Below, one piece after another: positions 19,401 through 27,199 of a stretch of 28,624 nt of DNA. Source of the stretch: a virus (Duplodnaviria; Caudoviricetes); IMG/VR virus record IMGVR_UViG_3300050154_000024, positions 1 to 28,624 of that record; one strand, 5' to 3'. How positions within the stretch are numbered: the stretch's first letter is position 1; every line of letters starts with the position of its first letter. The notes below the pieces were generated by a model, which did no database searches, was not told the origin of the DNA, and saw nothing but the letters and a program-made list of their open reading frames with translations. The position numbers and the translations under genes are program-made.

Positions 19401-22400
19401 TCATCAACGCCACCGTGGGAGGCTTCAGTAACGCCCAGCTTGCCTTTATGGCAATGGGTGGAGCCTTCTTCCGTGGTGCCCGCAGAAGCGATGGCAAGGG
19501 TCGAACGCTGAATGATTACTGGCAGTCCTCGACGGCCAGTGACTTGTATTTGTTCGGGGCCAACGATCTTCAGAAAAACATGGAAACCAGTTTCAAGGAT
19601 CGGTTGGGGACACCCTCCGAGAAACAGATGCGTTCGGTTATGCGGTTGCTAGGTCTGACCGGCAACGTAACGTTTGATGCTGGCAAGGGCCTGATCACGA
19701 TCCAGCGGAACGCTTTGAAGAACCCTTTGACGATCAGTGTTTATGGCTCTGGTCTGAAAGGTATCTCGAACAAAGTCACCAATGAAATCCTGAATACCTA
19801 CTACGAATTGATGTCTGATTTGCAACAGGCTCGTATTGCTCAAGGCAATTCTAATCTGATGCTTGGTGACATCTACCCGCAGCACAAAGGACTGGAAGAT
19901 GACTTTTACCAGTTGATGAACAATAAGACCTTCTATTTGCAGACTGCAAAAAAAGAGATCACTGCATCACCTTTGATCCGTGGAACCAAACAGAAGCGGC
20001 CTCCGGTCAACTTCGATTACACAGATGCAAGTAAAACAACTGTGCCTCCTGCTGGGTTTGTAACCCTGTCGGAAAACATGCAGTATTTCTTCACTGCTCC
20101 GATGAAGGCTTCCATCAATGAAATCATGGGTGGAACAATCCTCACCATGGACATGCTGATGAAGGCCAGCAACTTGCAGTCTCAAGCTGCAATGGCTTTC
20201 TATGAGAGCCGGAAAAAAGCTCTGATCGAAAAGAAAACTGCTGCCGGTGAAATGCAAGCTGGGGACTACCTCCCCCGGAAAGATTTGCTTTCTCTGGTTC
20301 AAGAAGCCAACAACATTGGTCCTCTGATTGAGACCAATGATCAGACGTTCAACCTTGGTGTCAAGGAAGCCGGTGGCAGCGACAACAACATGGTTGAAGC
20401 TCTGACTGGTCCTATCACCAGTGGTTTGAATGAACCTGTTCCTTCTGAAGCTGGTGCCAAGTTTGCACCCTTCTTCAATATTGGAACTGGTGACGGCCTT
20501 ATGAACCTGATCCTCTATGGCCGCAACACTTCTGCCATGGATGAAAGCCTTGGTGTTTATGACGGTATCGAAATGGCTGCCCATAATATGGACCGTCAAT
20601 CTGCTGTCATCAACAAGTCTGTCTCTGAAGGCTGGGGTGAAAACAATATCCAGTTTGCTGTAAACAGCTTCAGGAACTTTGTTCGTAACTTCGATCCGAG
20701 TGTTTTCAATACTCGTGAGATCGAACGTATCCTGAACCCCATGAGTGATGAGCAGTTTGAGGAATATGTCAAAAGCCAAGAATACCAAGCTTTGGTTGAT
20801 GAACATGCAGTTGAGCGTTTCAGGGAAATGGCCCTGAATATGCTGACTGAGCTTCAAGAGATTGCAAACCAAGTCGAAGCCCGTAAACGCACTATGAAAG
20901 ATGTGACTCATTCTGTGGATCACATGGCTGGTGCTGAACAAGCATATCTCCATGAAGGCATTGATTTGGAATTTGGCAAAGAAGCCGATCAGATGAATGT
21001 TCTGTATGACAGGCATCTTGAAAACGTGCGTGCTGAACGTGCAGCCACTACTCCGAATGTGCTTCAAGTTGAAAGCGGTGCTTTCAAAGAAGACATCCTG
21101 AAGTTTGGTCAACGTGTGGTCAAATCCATTGTGTCTATGCCGATCAGCACTCTGTCCATGATCATGAAAAACCATGTCAAAGACAAAGATGAAAAGCAAA
21201 TCATGACCCAAGCTGCAAAAGCTTTGGTCGATGCTGGCTTCACGTTTGTCTATGGCACTGAAACTGAACTGACTGCTTATCGGGATGAAAAATTTGGTTA
21301 TCAAGACCAAGGCATCAAGAATGCCTTGATCGACAACATCAACAAGGTGATCTATGTGAGCAATATCACTACGACCACCCTGCTCCATGAAATGATCCAC
21401 GCTGCAACGGTGAACATTATTCAACAGGTTCTGGATGACCCAGACTCTGCTGATAAAGAAGCTGTCGATGCTGTGGATCGTATGGTTACTTTGATGAACC
21501 AATTCATGGAGAACATAATTGTCACCGATGTGTCCACTGAATTCCGGGATGTATATGCCCTCCGGGATAAGCTGATCAACATCATGGCTGATACCCGGAT
21601 GACAGACACTGAACGTATGGTTACTGCCATGAGTGAGTTCATGGCTTATAGCCTTACGAACCAAAATTTGAAATCTTACAATAAGGGTGTTCGTATTCGA
21701 GATGCTATTGTTCAAATTTCCCGGAAGACAATCATCTTGATGAAGCGTCTACTGGGTATCCATGCAAACGTTGGAAACGATGTGTATTCGAACATAAAGT
21801 TCAACACTCAAATCCTGATGGTTCATAATGCCAAAGCAAATGTGTCTTCGACTGTAAGCCTAAATGAAGAAGTGCTTGGACCAGATGCTCGTATAAGCCG
21901 TCTCTACAAAGCATTCAATGATAAGCTTGCTGGCTTCCGTCAAAAAGGTTTTGTTGAAGACACTGGGTATCTGTTTGCTGCATCCAAAGCCATCAACAAT
22001 GCCAACACCTTCTCAAATGTTGTCTATAACTGGAACGCTGCTCAGATCAATACCTTCGCAGCAATTCAGGCAACAATGGCTACGACATTGAAACTCGACA
22101 ATGCTTCTTTGCTGGCAGCACAGGAGATTTATCTTCATGCTTTGAAGCACTTGAAAGAAGGTGACGTGTTCATCACTGATCGTACTGATCCGAACCAGAA
22201 AGTAAGGGCTGACGCTAAATTCAACCTTATCACTGGTGCTTATGGCTCTGTAATTGACAAGCAAGATCGTTCGAACCTGCTATCATCTTTTCTGGCCCTG
22301 TCTCAAGTGGATGAAGAATTCAGAAAAATTTTGGAAGCAATGCCTTCCATGAAGACCAAGGCAAAGCTGGACTCCTCGTTTGAAGGCACTGTATCCAATC

Positions 22401-25216
22401 TCTACAATGCCACAGTCGAAACCCTGACAAGCCTGATCTTCAAAGGCCATGACAAGAACGCCATCATTACCAAAAACTTGGATGCTCTGGCATTGTCCCT
22501 GTCAGTAATTGAAGCCGATAGCTCCAAGCGTCTGGACCTGTTAGTGCAAGGCAAGATCGACAAAGGTTCTGACTATGCTGCTGGACTGTTCCAGAAGGGC
22601 TACGACAAGACCTTTGAAGCGGCAGAGGAACTGGGTCGGACTACCAAGAGCAAGCTGGTAAAGGGTGCTGCTGTGGCTGTGGCCACCACTGCTGCGGTGT
22701 TCAGCAACAAGTACTCAGGAGACTTGGCTGACAAGATCACTGGGGAACTGAACAAGGAAAAATCATCCAAGATGCTTCGGAGCCTTGTAAATGAAATCCG
22801 TGGCATGACCACTGATAATGCCACCATCGTAAAGATGATTGGCACTGTGAAGTATGCAGTGTCTTCGGCTCGTCAAGACTTCCGTGAAAACGTGCCCAAC
22901 TTGATTGCATCCAAATTTTCCAAGCGCCTGAAAAACGCAGAATGGTCACGGTTGTTCCGGTCCGTTGGAAAGTCGGATGTATCTTCGCTGGTTCAAGCTG
23001 GGTTCACCACCAAACAAATCGGTCAGATTTTTGCAGATCAATCGGTGATGGACAATGAGATCGCCAAAGCCGAAAACGAATTGCTGAAACTTAGCAGAGT
23101 AAATGGTCAAACTTACATCAACAAAGCAAAGCAACTTGCCCTTTATATGATGACGGGTGACATCAAGTCGATCAATCTCAATACTAATGCCACATCTATT
23201 GCAATGCTCTTGGGTGAAAAGAATGTCTTGGCATCTGCACCATCAGAAAAATTGGTGAAGCAGATCGACATTCTCACCACCCTCTATGCAATGGAATGGG
23301 TTGATCAAGCAGACCGGACTTTCACTTCTGACATACTGAAAAACGAACATGACGGAATGGAATTCATGTTGAATTACATGTCTTCTCGGAGTGTGGCTGA
23401 AAAAGAGAAAGGTCGTCAAAACAACACTGCTTTGTATAACCACTACAAAGGACGATTGGACACCAACATCCATGATGAAGGTAGTCTGATTGTTACAGAC
23501 ATTTCTTATGCAGCAAAACTTTCAGTTTTCAGCTATAAGATTGTTGGTTCTTACAAAACACAGCAATTTGATACCCGTCAACTGGCTTATTTTTACTCGC
23601 CGGTTTCTGGCACAGCCACCTTTAACCAAGGTGTGATGCAGACTGTTCGTCCGCAAATGCACGGTGTTGACCTTGAAAATGGTCTCACTATGAATGGTCA
23701 CACTGCTGGTGTGATTGGAAAAAAGCGCGCACTTCGTATCCACAACGACGTATTGCTTGCACCTTCAACTACTGCATCCAAAGCGGATACTTATTTGATC
23801 CCCCGCTTTGAAGACGATGGTGGAATTGGTGCATATGAGCGTCCTATGGCTAGGGATGTAGTTGAAAAGTATGTCAAGCGTGAAGAAAACCTTGCAGCTA
23901 TCCTTGGTGCATGGCGTGGTCGTCAAGCAGAAGAAGAGTTGTCTCAACAATTCAACGAAGCACTTGCCAATGCTATTCACAAAATCTGGCAAGATGCTTT
24001 GAATGATCCTGATCCCAAAAATCGGCAACAGTTCACTAATGTTGCACAATCGATTGATCCGACTGTGGAAGATGCCTTTGACAAGATGCCTGCCAAAATG
24101 AAGGAATACATCACCCATTTATTTGGAGAGAATACCTTCATGATTCGTCGGGACATGGTTGATGATGCCATCGGATACCGGATGCCTTCTATTGGTGATG
24201 CCTTTACCGGCAAAACCACCATGCCTGCGGCTCTGATGGAAAATATCCAGAAGTTGGCATTGGCAACTCCTTTCCTCGGGGACCAAGCTTATGCTCGTCT
24301 GGTTCAAGCAGAGTCGATTATCCAAACAGTGGTATCGGTTGCAAAACTAACCATTGTGGTCAAGTCTGGTGTTGTGATGATTGGGAACTTGGTTTCGAAC
24401 ATCTACCACTTGAGCGTTTTGCGTGGTGTGCCAATCAGTGATTGGGGTCCGAAGGCTATTGCCAAGGTCATGGAGACAAACCGCTTCCTCAAAAACAAGG
24501 TGCGTAAGTCTCAGATTGAAGCTGAACTTGCAGCTACCAACAATGTTCAAAAGATCGCCACTCTCAAAAGCGAATATAAATCGCTGGATGACAGTGACCG
24601 TCGCATGAGCATTTGGCCTCTCATCGAAGCCGGTGAGTTCAATACGATCTCGGATGGTTTGACTGAAGCGGATCAGGCACTGTCATCCAACAAATGGGTT
24701 GAATACATCGAAAACAAATTCGACAACCTTCCTGAAGGAGCCAGAACAGTTGTAAAGAATGCTCTCGTCACTCGTGATACTTCTCTGTTCAAGCTTCTGA
24801 ACCGGGGTGTTCAATACGGTGACTTCATAGCAAAGTCGATCTACTATGATCATCTGAAAGAACGTAAAGGAAAATCACATGATGAAATCCTTAGTGTTCT
24901 CAAAGATGAGTTTGTTGATTACAACCGTCTTCCCGGTCGGGTTCGCACCTATGCTGAGTCCATTGGTCTCACATGGTTCTTTGCATTCAAGTTGAGGGCA
25001 TTGAAAGTGAGTATGGCAGTCATCAGGGATAACCCTTTGAAAGCCTTGTGGGCTACAGTAATGCCTATGCACATTCCGATGATTGGGTCGGTCGATACGG
25101 TCCTCAACTCAAACGCTGGTGCCGCACTCTTCAATGGCAAGTTGAGCTATTCGTTGGGTCCACAAATGGCCCAACAGATGCTTGGTCTCAACCCTTTCTG
25201 GAATATCACCCATTAA
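13424..25216 (+). CDS. Virion-encapsidated RNA polymerase (N4 gp50-like vRNAP)
   Basis: 3930 aa with single-subunit RNAP motifs in N4 form: TKVGR (~18968), motif A EADGKTDGPIN (Asp ~aa1983, nt 19370), motif B RNALKNPLTISVYGSG (~19706), motif C VYDG (Asp ~aa2380, nt 20561). C-terminal VQYGDFIAK and EFVDYNRLPGR. No Cys found by eye. True start may be ATG 13430 (better GAGG spacing). Confidence 0.97.
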   Translation: MFMADTPIAPVASTLSWGAAVPPVNPQIASVPATPLSFGQEVAPVDAPAPSPMEQLSMGTKAAVDDVSAQKQADVAQTAEEKKAALAMNYLTNPNGIIPDVLAAQLGSNQQSEMSKDFSSMSMIELEKKYGIEVAHNAWRHGATKSSVEDLQNQSRDTGTAIKDTATNVFGGAVTGVLGVDALLSNLGGADFSARAVRGQKIINEGIKNWSSELSLQRDALGNITDQITTADNQAIRDKEIADGATPLEAGMKYVARNLYSEASNIISDPIRLADLSANSIGNLASSLLTTGGLLKASGIAANSQAAKYIYAGVEAAMEGGDAFSQTNGAITGMSFNDLEKGSETYRKYLEAGKTPDEARNAVAQDAGLLAAAVVAPVALVLSKGSAKFEMSILTGLEDKSIKGALAETGKAAVAQFTEEAAQEGNSQFVSNALVKALADPNQDLAQGVGESAAQGGLGGLAMAGFTNATHIPSALHGEAKARLTGLVDDLATKAKEKNNPASPARTQEAVKVASEAAPIINDFVATADVSKFPDGKDLAAKPEFADKPGVAQFNSKNVVSAIQRLTTIDPDTAKDMPAELQALITKEDGTLYSKPEALYRMAVAIRSNKLTGSAKSFAQLYFEKETIRAEDGLANGLDDYVDATGNTELKAAMNTVFDAFQKMKNSTAGQQNSQSITENKIEPVKTVTITDENVSSPEVKSSVEHTVMMAEQNPLGLDTAHAESILNQYKKGNFQNIAPERIQALESGAKVAKIIQSSQEARAKAQAEAMANSAISPRQIYDNPATANSGDVRKSIAEGVHPVNQMSGIIPYQNQIAAAVERGDVAQAKDLLTLVRGFAKGMILKHQAFQKSGETGVGEKYSHQTPQGWFSKTNPKNTKVMRLHAHNPNSVLFLKNVAIDAEGVTTFYNDMIRIYPELSAGHTFLSLDQELKDQSPEMDLVDGSQQEAVVKKTQDKKATAKAKRLEKRTQKELADPMMNRAATELGDQGTLSAMPREMATKVRQMMRAVQAEIGIDVMGLVQKFMIISAENGTMASVFYDVGETNEMALVVSEDLLDPKTELPPFAETPEQYLAAVLAHEMGHVVDYNHLNKTGELASANETLGANGAVFEEVQAEINNAEDDTVKALLHNSESYEKGTEEYRKELFADLAMMLFSTPTMMKELIPNAAEFVQSIVDGSFNSRSVREKARKQAKADRRSVRQNVLESAKAAKLQEPSQALKDLYRQLREAVKFPLLKMIIGTKGVDPEGPLGMELKAAGFSTKTNPGLFKLGGWKDIDNLPAEDFPDLLGVIPSEGDYLDLRALTDALVSELNGQNLSIPNNPSKAEITSQILEIEKAQQDESSDNTSQESTGTGEASSTGNVAETTSSEQSTGEAIPVKPKPGVVKRTLAERFSSLVQWLGRNRFLEGYKNAEDRSRLSGFVNPIQDIREWLGLTDSGELIAKLKELGFKEAILNSISVAEVNAIKGMLSLADNISLKMDEHLNIGLNAKKTGLIERGPKKGQPYKSESLIEALKNGHDITRFKKARIVSLIIPQKDDQGNVVSYKYDPQVVQTAAIAVTQWMVDARFTPDTTLELEDLAGIFRVDEELIDSTLETTMRQALQSGINPQNSVREIAVMIESMLGVLPEESALSSDAGGILLALANEALSSALAPHGNSKTQFVTLERVQFQVPTDTGFAPREYTWINFKTPVMERGREAMRKLPSFFAMLADPEVNTVRIIGAPPKNVNPLQLRNKTAELSRLEKRAVKASQDIGYSVNQPMLAFMEHLGRDNYLSLLRSTFGGVFTPDLVEGRYNKNDYESRKGNNVGFLMGWENSMAYVADMNAYADATGMSLKEVKAYWAYRITKVGRPMMDGFGPQNDKTARELLTATNSVIDLNDQAQMDTFWMTIGQSIGLKTEKMYRADTVAKAKQILDPTTEIGAKYFPMIEAMEDVAAFMKAAGDKKFTDKELHAMVAISVMLAAKKGGDTSFEHRLAFEADGKTDGPINSLINATVGGFSNAQLAFMAMGGAFFRGARRSDGKGRTLNDYWQSSTASDLYLFGANDLQKNMETSFKDRLGTPSEKQMRSVMRLLGLTGNVTFDAGKGLITIQRNALKNPLTISVYGSGLKGISNKVTNEILNTYYELMSDLQQARIAQGNSNLMLGDIYPQHKGLEDDFYQLMNNKTFYLQTAKKEITASPLIRGTKQKRPPVNFDYTDASKTTVPPAGFVTLSENMQYFFTAPMKASINEIMGGTILTMDMLMKASNLQSQAAMAFYESRKKALIEKKTAAGEMQAGDYLPRKDLLSLVQEANNIGPLIETNDQTFNLGVKEAGGSDNNMVEALTGPITSGLNEPVPSEAGAKFAPFFNIGTGDGLMNLILYGRNTSAMDESLGVYDGIEMAAHNMDRQSAVINKSVSEGWGENNIQFAVNSFRNFVRNFDPSVFNTREIERILNPMSDEQFEEYVKSQEYQALVDEHAVERFREMALNMLTELQEIANQVEARKRTMKDVTHSVDHMAGAEQAYLHEGIDLEFGKEADQMNVLYDRHLENVRAERAATTPNVLQVESGAFKEDILKFGQRVVKSIVSMPISTLSMIMKNHVKDKDEKQIMTQAAKALVDAGFTFVYGTETELTAYRDEKFGYQDQGIKNALIDNINKVIYVSNITTTTLLHEMIHAATVNIIQQVLDDPDSADKEAVDAVDRMVTLMNQFMENIIVTDVSTEFRDVYALRDKLINIMADTRMTDTERMVTAMSEFMAYSLTNQNLKSYNKGVRIRDAIVQISRKTIILMKRLLGIHANVGNDVYSNIKFNTQILMVHNAKANVSSTVSLNEEVLGPDARISRLYKAFNDKLAGFRQKGFVEDTGYLFAASKAINNANTFSNVVYNWNAAQINTFAAIQATMATTLKLDNASLLAAQEIYLHALKHLKEGDVFITDRTDPNQKVRADAKFNLITGAYGSVIDKQDRSNLLSSFLALSQVDEEFRKILEAMPSMKTKAKLDSSFEGTVSNLYNATVETLTSLIFKGHDKNAIITKNLDALALSLSVIEADSSKRLDLLVQGKIDKGSDYAAGLFQKGYDKTFEAAEELGRTTKSKLVKGAAVAVATTAAVFSNKYSGDLADKITGELNKEKSSKMLRSLVNEIRGMTTDNATIVKMIGTVKYAVSSARQDFRENVPNLIASKFSKRLKNAEWSRLFRSVGKSDVSSLVQAGFTTKQIGQIFADQSVMDNEIAKAENELLKLSRVNGQTYINKAKQLALYMMTGDIKSINLNTNATSIAMLLGEKNVLASAPSEKLVKQIDILTTLYAMEWVDQADRTFTSDILKNEHDGMEFMLNYMSSRSVAEKEKGRQNNTALYNHYKGRLDTNIHDEGSLIVTDISYAAKLSVFSYKIVGSYKTQQFDTRQLAYFYSPVSGTATFNQGVMQTVRPQMHGVDLENGLTMNGHTAGVIGKKRALRIHNDVLLAPSTTASKADTYLIPRFEDDGGIGAYERPMARDVVEKYVKREENLAAILGAWRGRQAEEELSQQFNEALANAIHKIWQDALNDPDPKNRQQFTNVAQSIDPTVEDAFDKMPAKMKEYITHLFGENTFMIRRDMVDDAIGYRMPSIGDAFTGKTTMPAALMENIQKLALATPFLGDQAYARLVQAESIIQTVVSVAKLTIVVKSGVVMIGNLVSNIYHLSVLRGVPISDWGPKAIAKVMETNRFLKNKVRKSQIEAELAATNNVQKIATLKSEYKSLDDSDRRMSIWPLIEAGEFNTISDGLTEADQALSSNKWVEYIENKFDNLPEGARTVVKNALVTRDTSLFKLLNRGVQYGDFIAKSIYYDHLKERKGKSHDEILSVLKDEFVDYNRLPGRVRTYAESIGLTWFFAFKLRALKVSMAVIRDNPLKALWATVMPMHIPMIGSVDTVLNSNAGAALFNGKLSYSLGPQMAQQMLGLNPFWNITH

Positions 25217-25217
25217 C

Positions 25218-25250
25218 GAAAAGGCTCCCGAAAGGGAGCCTTCTCTTTTT
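25218..25250. terminator. Bidirectional rho-independent terminator between convergent modules
   Basis: AAGGCTCCC-GAAA-GGGAGCCTT stem with A-run upstream and CTCTTTTT downstream, located between two converging stop codons. Confidence 0.88.
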
Positions 25251-25256
25251 AGGGTG

Positions 25257-25448
25257 TCATTCAGGCGGGTCAGAGAAGTCTTTGTCTTTCAGCTTGAACA
25301 TCTTGATAGCAAGCCAACCAAATCCGGCTACGATCAAGAATGTTCCCAGTCCCATGATGATCGGTAAAAGTGCCAACACCACAGATGCAAAGAGTGCTAC
25401 TGCCCAAGTGACCGCTATTGCGAACAAGATGGGTATAAGAAACTGCAA
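25257..25448 (-). CDS. Small membrane protein (2 predicted TM helices, charged C-tail)
   Basis: 63 aa, TTG start. About 48 hydrophobic residues then KMFKLKDKDFSDPPE. Fills the space between the upstream ORF and the terminator. Confidence 0.6.
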   Translation of the reverse strand: MQFLIPILFAIAVTWAVALFASVVLALLPIIMGLGTFLIVAGFGWLAIKMFKLKDKDFSDPPE

Positions 25449-25460
25449 TCAGTTTCTGGA

Positions 25461-26411
25461 TTAACCGAAATCGAACAACGGTTTGCTGCGACCAGCCGGA
25501 GCTTCGGCCACAGGTTCAACTTCCTTAACCAGTTCCGCTTCTTCGACGACTTCGGTCTCGGTCGAGCCAACATGGCTAAGGGCGTTGGCTGGGGCACCAG
25601 AAAACAGGTTGGTGGTCTGTTCTGGCTCAGGAGTGGGGGCAACCTCAACAGGTGCTTCCTTGGGCTTCTCCTTGACTGGTTCGATCACCTTGACAGGGGA
25701 CTTCTCACCAGTTGCCGGTTTCTCTGCCTTCGTCTCGCCAGCGGCCTTCGGCATGGGGTCGCCAGTCAGGCGATTGGTGATGGGACCAACCTCCTTCATT
25801 TCGGCCCCCAGAGAGGCAACGGCAGCGTCTGCCGGTGCATTGGTGTCACCAGCAGAGGCATAGGTGACAACGGCACTGTAGCCCTTGCCACCACGTCCTG
25901 CGGTGATGTCAATTTCCGGGACCGAACCTGTGGGGATCGGGAAAGTTGCCCGAACATAAGCGTTCAACGCAGCGATGAAATCATCGTGGTTGAGCAGTGC
26001 TTGAATTTGCATAGTTTCCTCTTTGATGCTGCCCGTGATTATCACATCTACACGGGGATTGAGTCGATCAATCGCTTCGAAGTATTCGGTTTTCTTGCGG
26101 AGATACTTATAGTTGTCATCAGGAATCTTTCCGAATTCAACAAAAGCATCCGAAAAAAACTTGTCAACGATAGCGACAAAGTTTGCGGTGTCCATTTCCC
26201 TTGCTGAACCAGGAAAGAAAATGTATTCGAATTCCACCCAATCAAAGACTGGAAGTGGTGTGATCAAATGCTTGACAGCAGCTTTGAAAGCTATCTTTGC
26301 ATTGTTCAAAGTCATGTAGTGTGCATTCCGGTATTCGTTCAGATTAAGGGTGAAGGTTGTGGTATCCTTCACTCCGGTTTGCACGATCAGTGGCAGACTG
26401 ATCCTATACAT
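25461..26411 (-). CDS. RusA-like Holliday junction resolvase domain fused to an N4 gp47-like domain
   Basis: N-terminal 133 aa: LNLNEYRN...D.AN...KFFSDA...IPDDN...NPRVDV, a RusA-type acidic motif. C-terminal 183 aa begin MQIQALLN..., contain ITAGRGGKG and an acidic/Pro-rich tail. Confidence 0.72.
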   Translation of the reverse strand: MYRISLPLIVQTGVKDTTTFTLNLNEYRNAHYMTLNNAKIAFKAAVKHLITPLPVFDWVEFEYIFFPGSAREMDTANFVAIVDKFFSDAFVEFGKIPDDNYKYLRKKTEYFEAIDRLNPRVDVIITGSIKEETMQIQALLNHDDFIAALNAYVRATFPIPTGSVPEIDITAGRGGKGYSAVVTYASAGDTNAPADAAVASLGAEMKEVGPITNRLTGDPMPKAAGETKAEKPATGEKSPVKVIEPVKEKPKEAPVEVAPTPEPEQTTNLFSGAPANALSHVGSTETEVVEEAELVKEVEPVAEAPAGRSKPLFDFG

Positions 26412-26413
26412 AT

Positions 26414-26443
26414 TGATGGCCCCCTATCTCTAAGAGGCCACCA
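26414..26443 (-). promoter_or_regulatory. RNA hairpin sequestering the RBS of the resolvase-like ORF
   Basis: Minus strand TGGTGGCCTCTT-AGAGAT-AGGGGGCCATCA forms a 12-bp stem (3 G-U pairs) containing the G-rich SD and ending 2 nt before the ATG. No U-tract. Confidence 0.55.
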
Positions 26444-26456
26444 TAGCTCAGATGTA

Positions 26457-27185
26457 TCAGCCGAACAAGTTGTTGCCTTTGGCCGAGTCGGCACCAGCAC
26501 CAGCAGTCCGGGTTCCCGGACGGCCTGACTTGCCAGCATCCTTGCTGGTCTTGTCACGAGTGACACCCTTGTTTTTCTCACGCCACTTTTCCAGAAATTC
26601 CGCAGGCTTCTTGTTGCGGGCTTCGGAAATCGTGACGTTCTGCGTGGGATGGAACACCTTTTCGATGGTGTTCTCATCCTTAGTTTCTCCGGTCGGCTCA
26701 TAGTTGCCGGTGGCATCGTTCTTCTTGGTCTTGTCCACCTTCGATTTCTGGATCGCCACCTTGACGGTTTTGCCCAGAATGGAGGTGATAACCTTCACAG
26801 CTTTCGGCAGATCGGTCTTGGTTTCGAAGTCATAAATCTTGACGATCTTTTCTTCGATAGTTTGGGCACTCAACGGCAGGCCAGTGGCGCACAAACACAT
26901 ATCGTCAACGGTTGTGAAACCGGGCTGCGGGATTTTTTTCCCGTCTTTCACATAGAAGTTTTCGTTGAACTTGTTCGTGACCCAAATGGTTTCACGATAG
27001 TCTTTGCCGTCGATGTCCAAAGTCAGAACAACCGATTGGGACATGCTAGTCTGGGACTTGCCAGCATAAGCTAGCTTGATCACGGCTTCATAGACATCCG
27101 TTTCAAGGATGTAACTGCCACCAAGAACATCGCGGGATTGTTCCATCCCATCGGTATTCAAATTGCCAAACAGATCGTTCGTCAT
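26457..27185 (-). CDS. ssb: Single-stranded DNA-binding protein (N4 gp45-like)
   Basis: 242 aa, GAGGG RBS. N4-SSB-type motifs DVLGG, IKLAY, YRETIWVT, PGF, KIYDFE, ENTIEKVFH, and C-terminal LFG. Synteny after the AAA ATPase. Confidence 0.9.
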   Translation of the reverse strand: MTNDLFGNLNTDGMEQSRDVLGGSYILETDVYEAVIKLAYAGKSQTSMSQSVVLTLDIDGKDYRETIWVTNKFNENFYVKDGKKIPQPGFTTVDDMCLCATGLPLSAQTIEEKIVKIYDFETKTDLPKAVKVITSILGKTVKVAIQKSKVDKTKKNDATGNYEPTGETKDENTIEKVFHPTQNVTISEARNKKPAEFLEKWREKNKGVTRDKTSKDAGKSGRPGTRTAGAGADSAKGNNLFG

Positions 27186-27199
27186 TGTTTTTCTTTCCC

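Noticed and set aside
19967-21715. 582-aa antisense ORF within vRNAP
   Set aside because: It mirrors the sense frame of a conserved gene, and its His/Phe/Ser-rich composition is typical of a codon-bias shadow. No recognisable motif.
5111-25250. Intergenic hairpins as N4 vRNAP hairpin promoters
   Set aside because: Those promoters have short stems with 3-nt loops in the early region. These have 9-10-bp stems, 4-nt loops and T-rich tails right after stop codons.
25048-26207. Plus-strand ORFs 25048..25464, 25483..25863, 25572..26207
   Set aside because: They cross the terminator or lie antisense to better-supported minus-strand genes.
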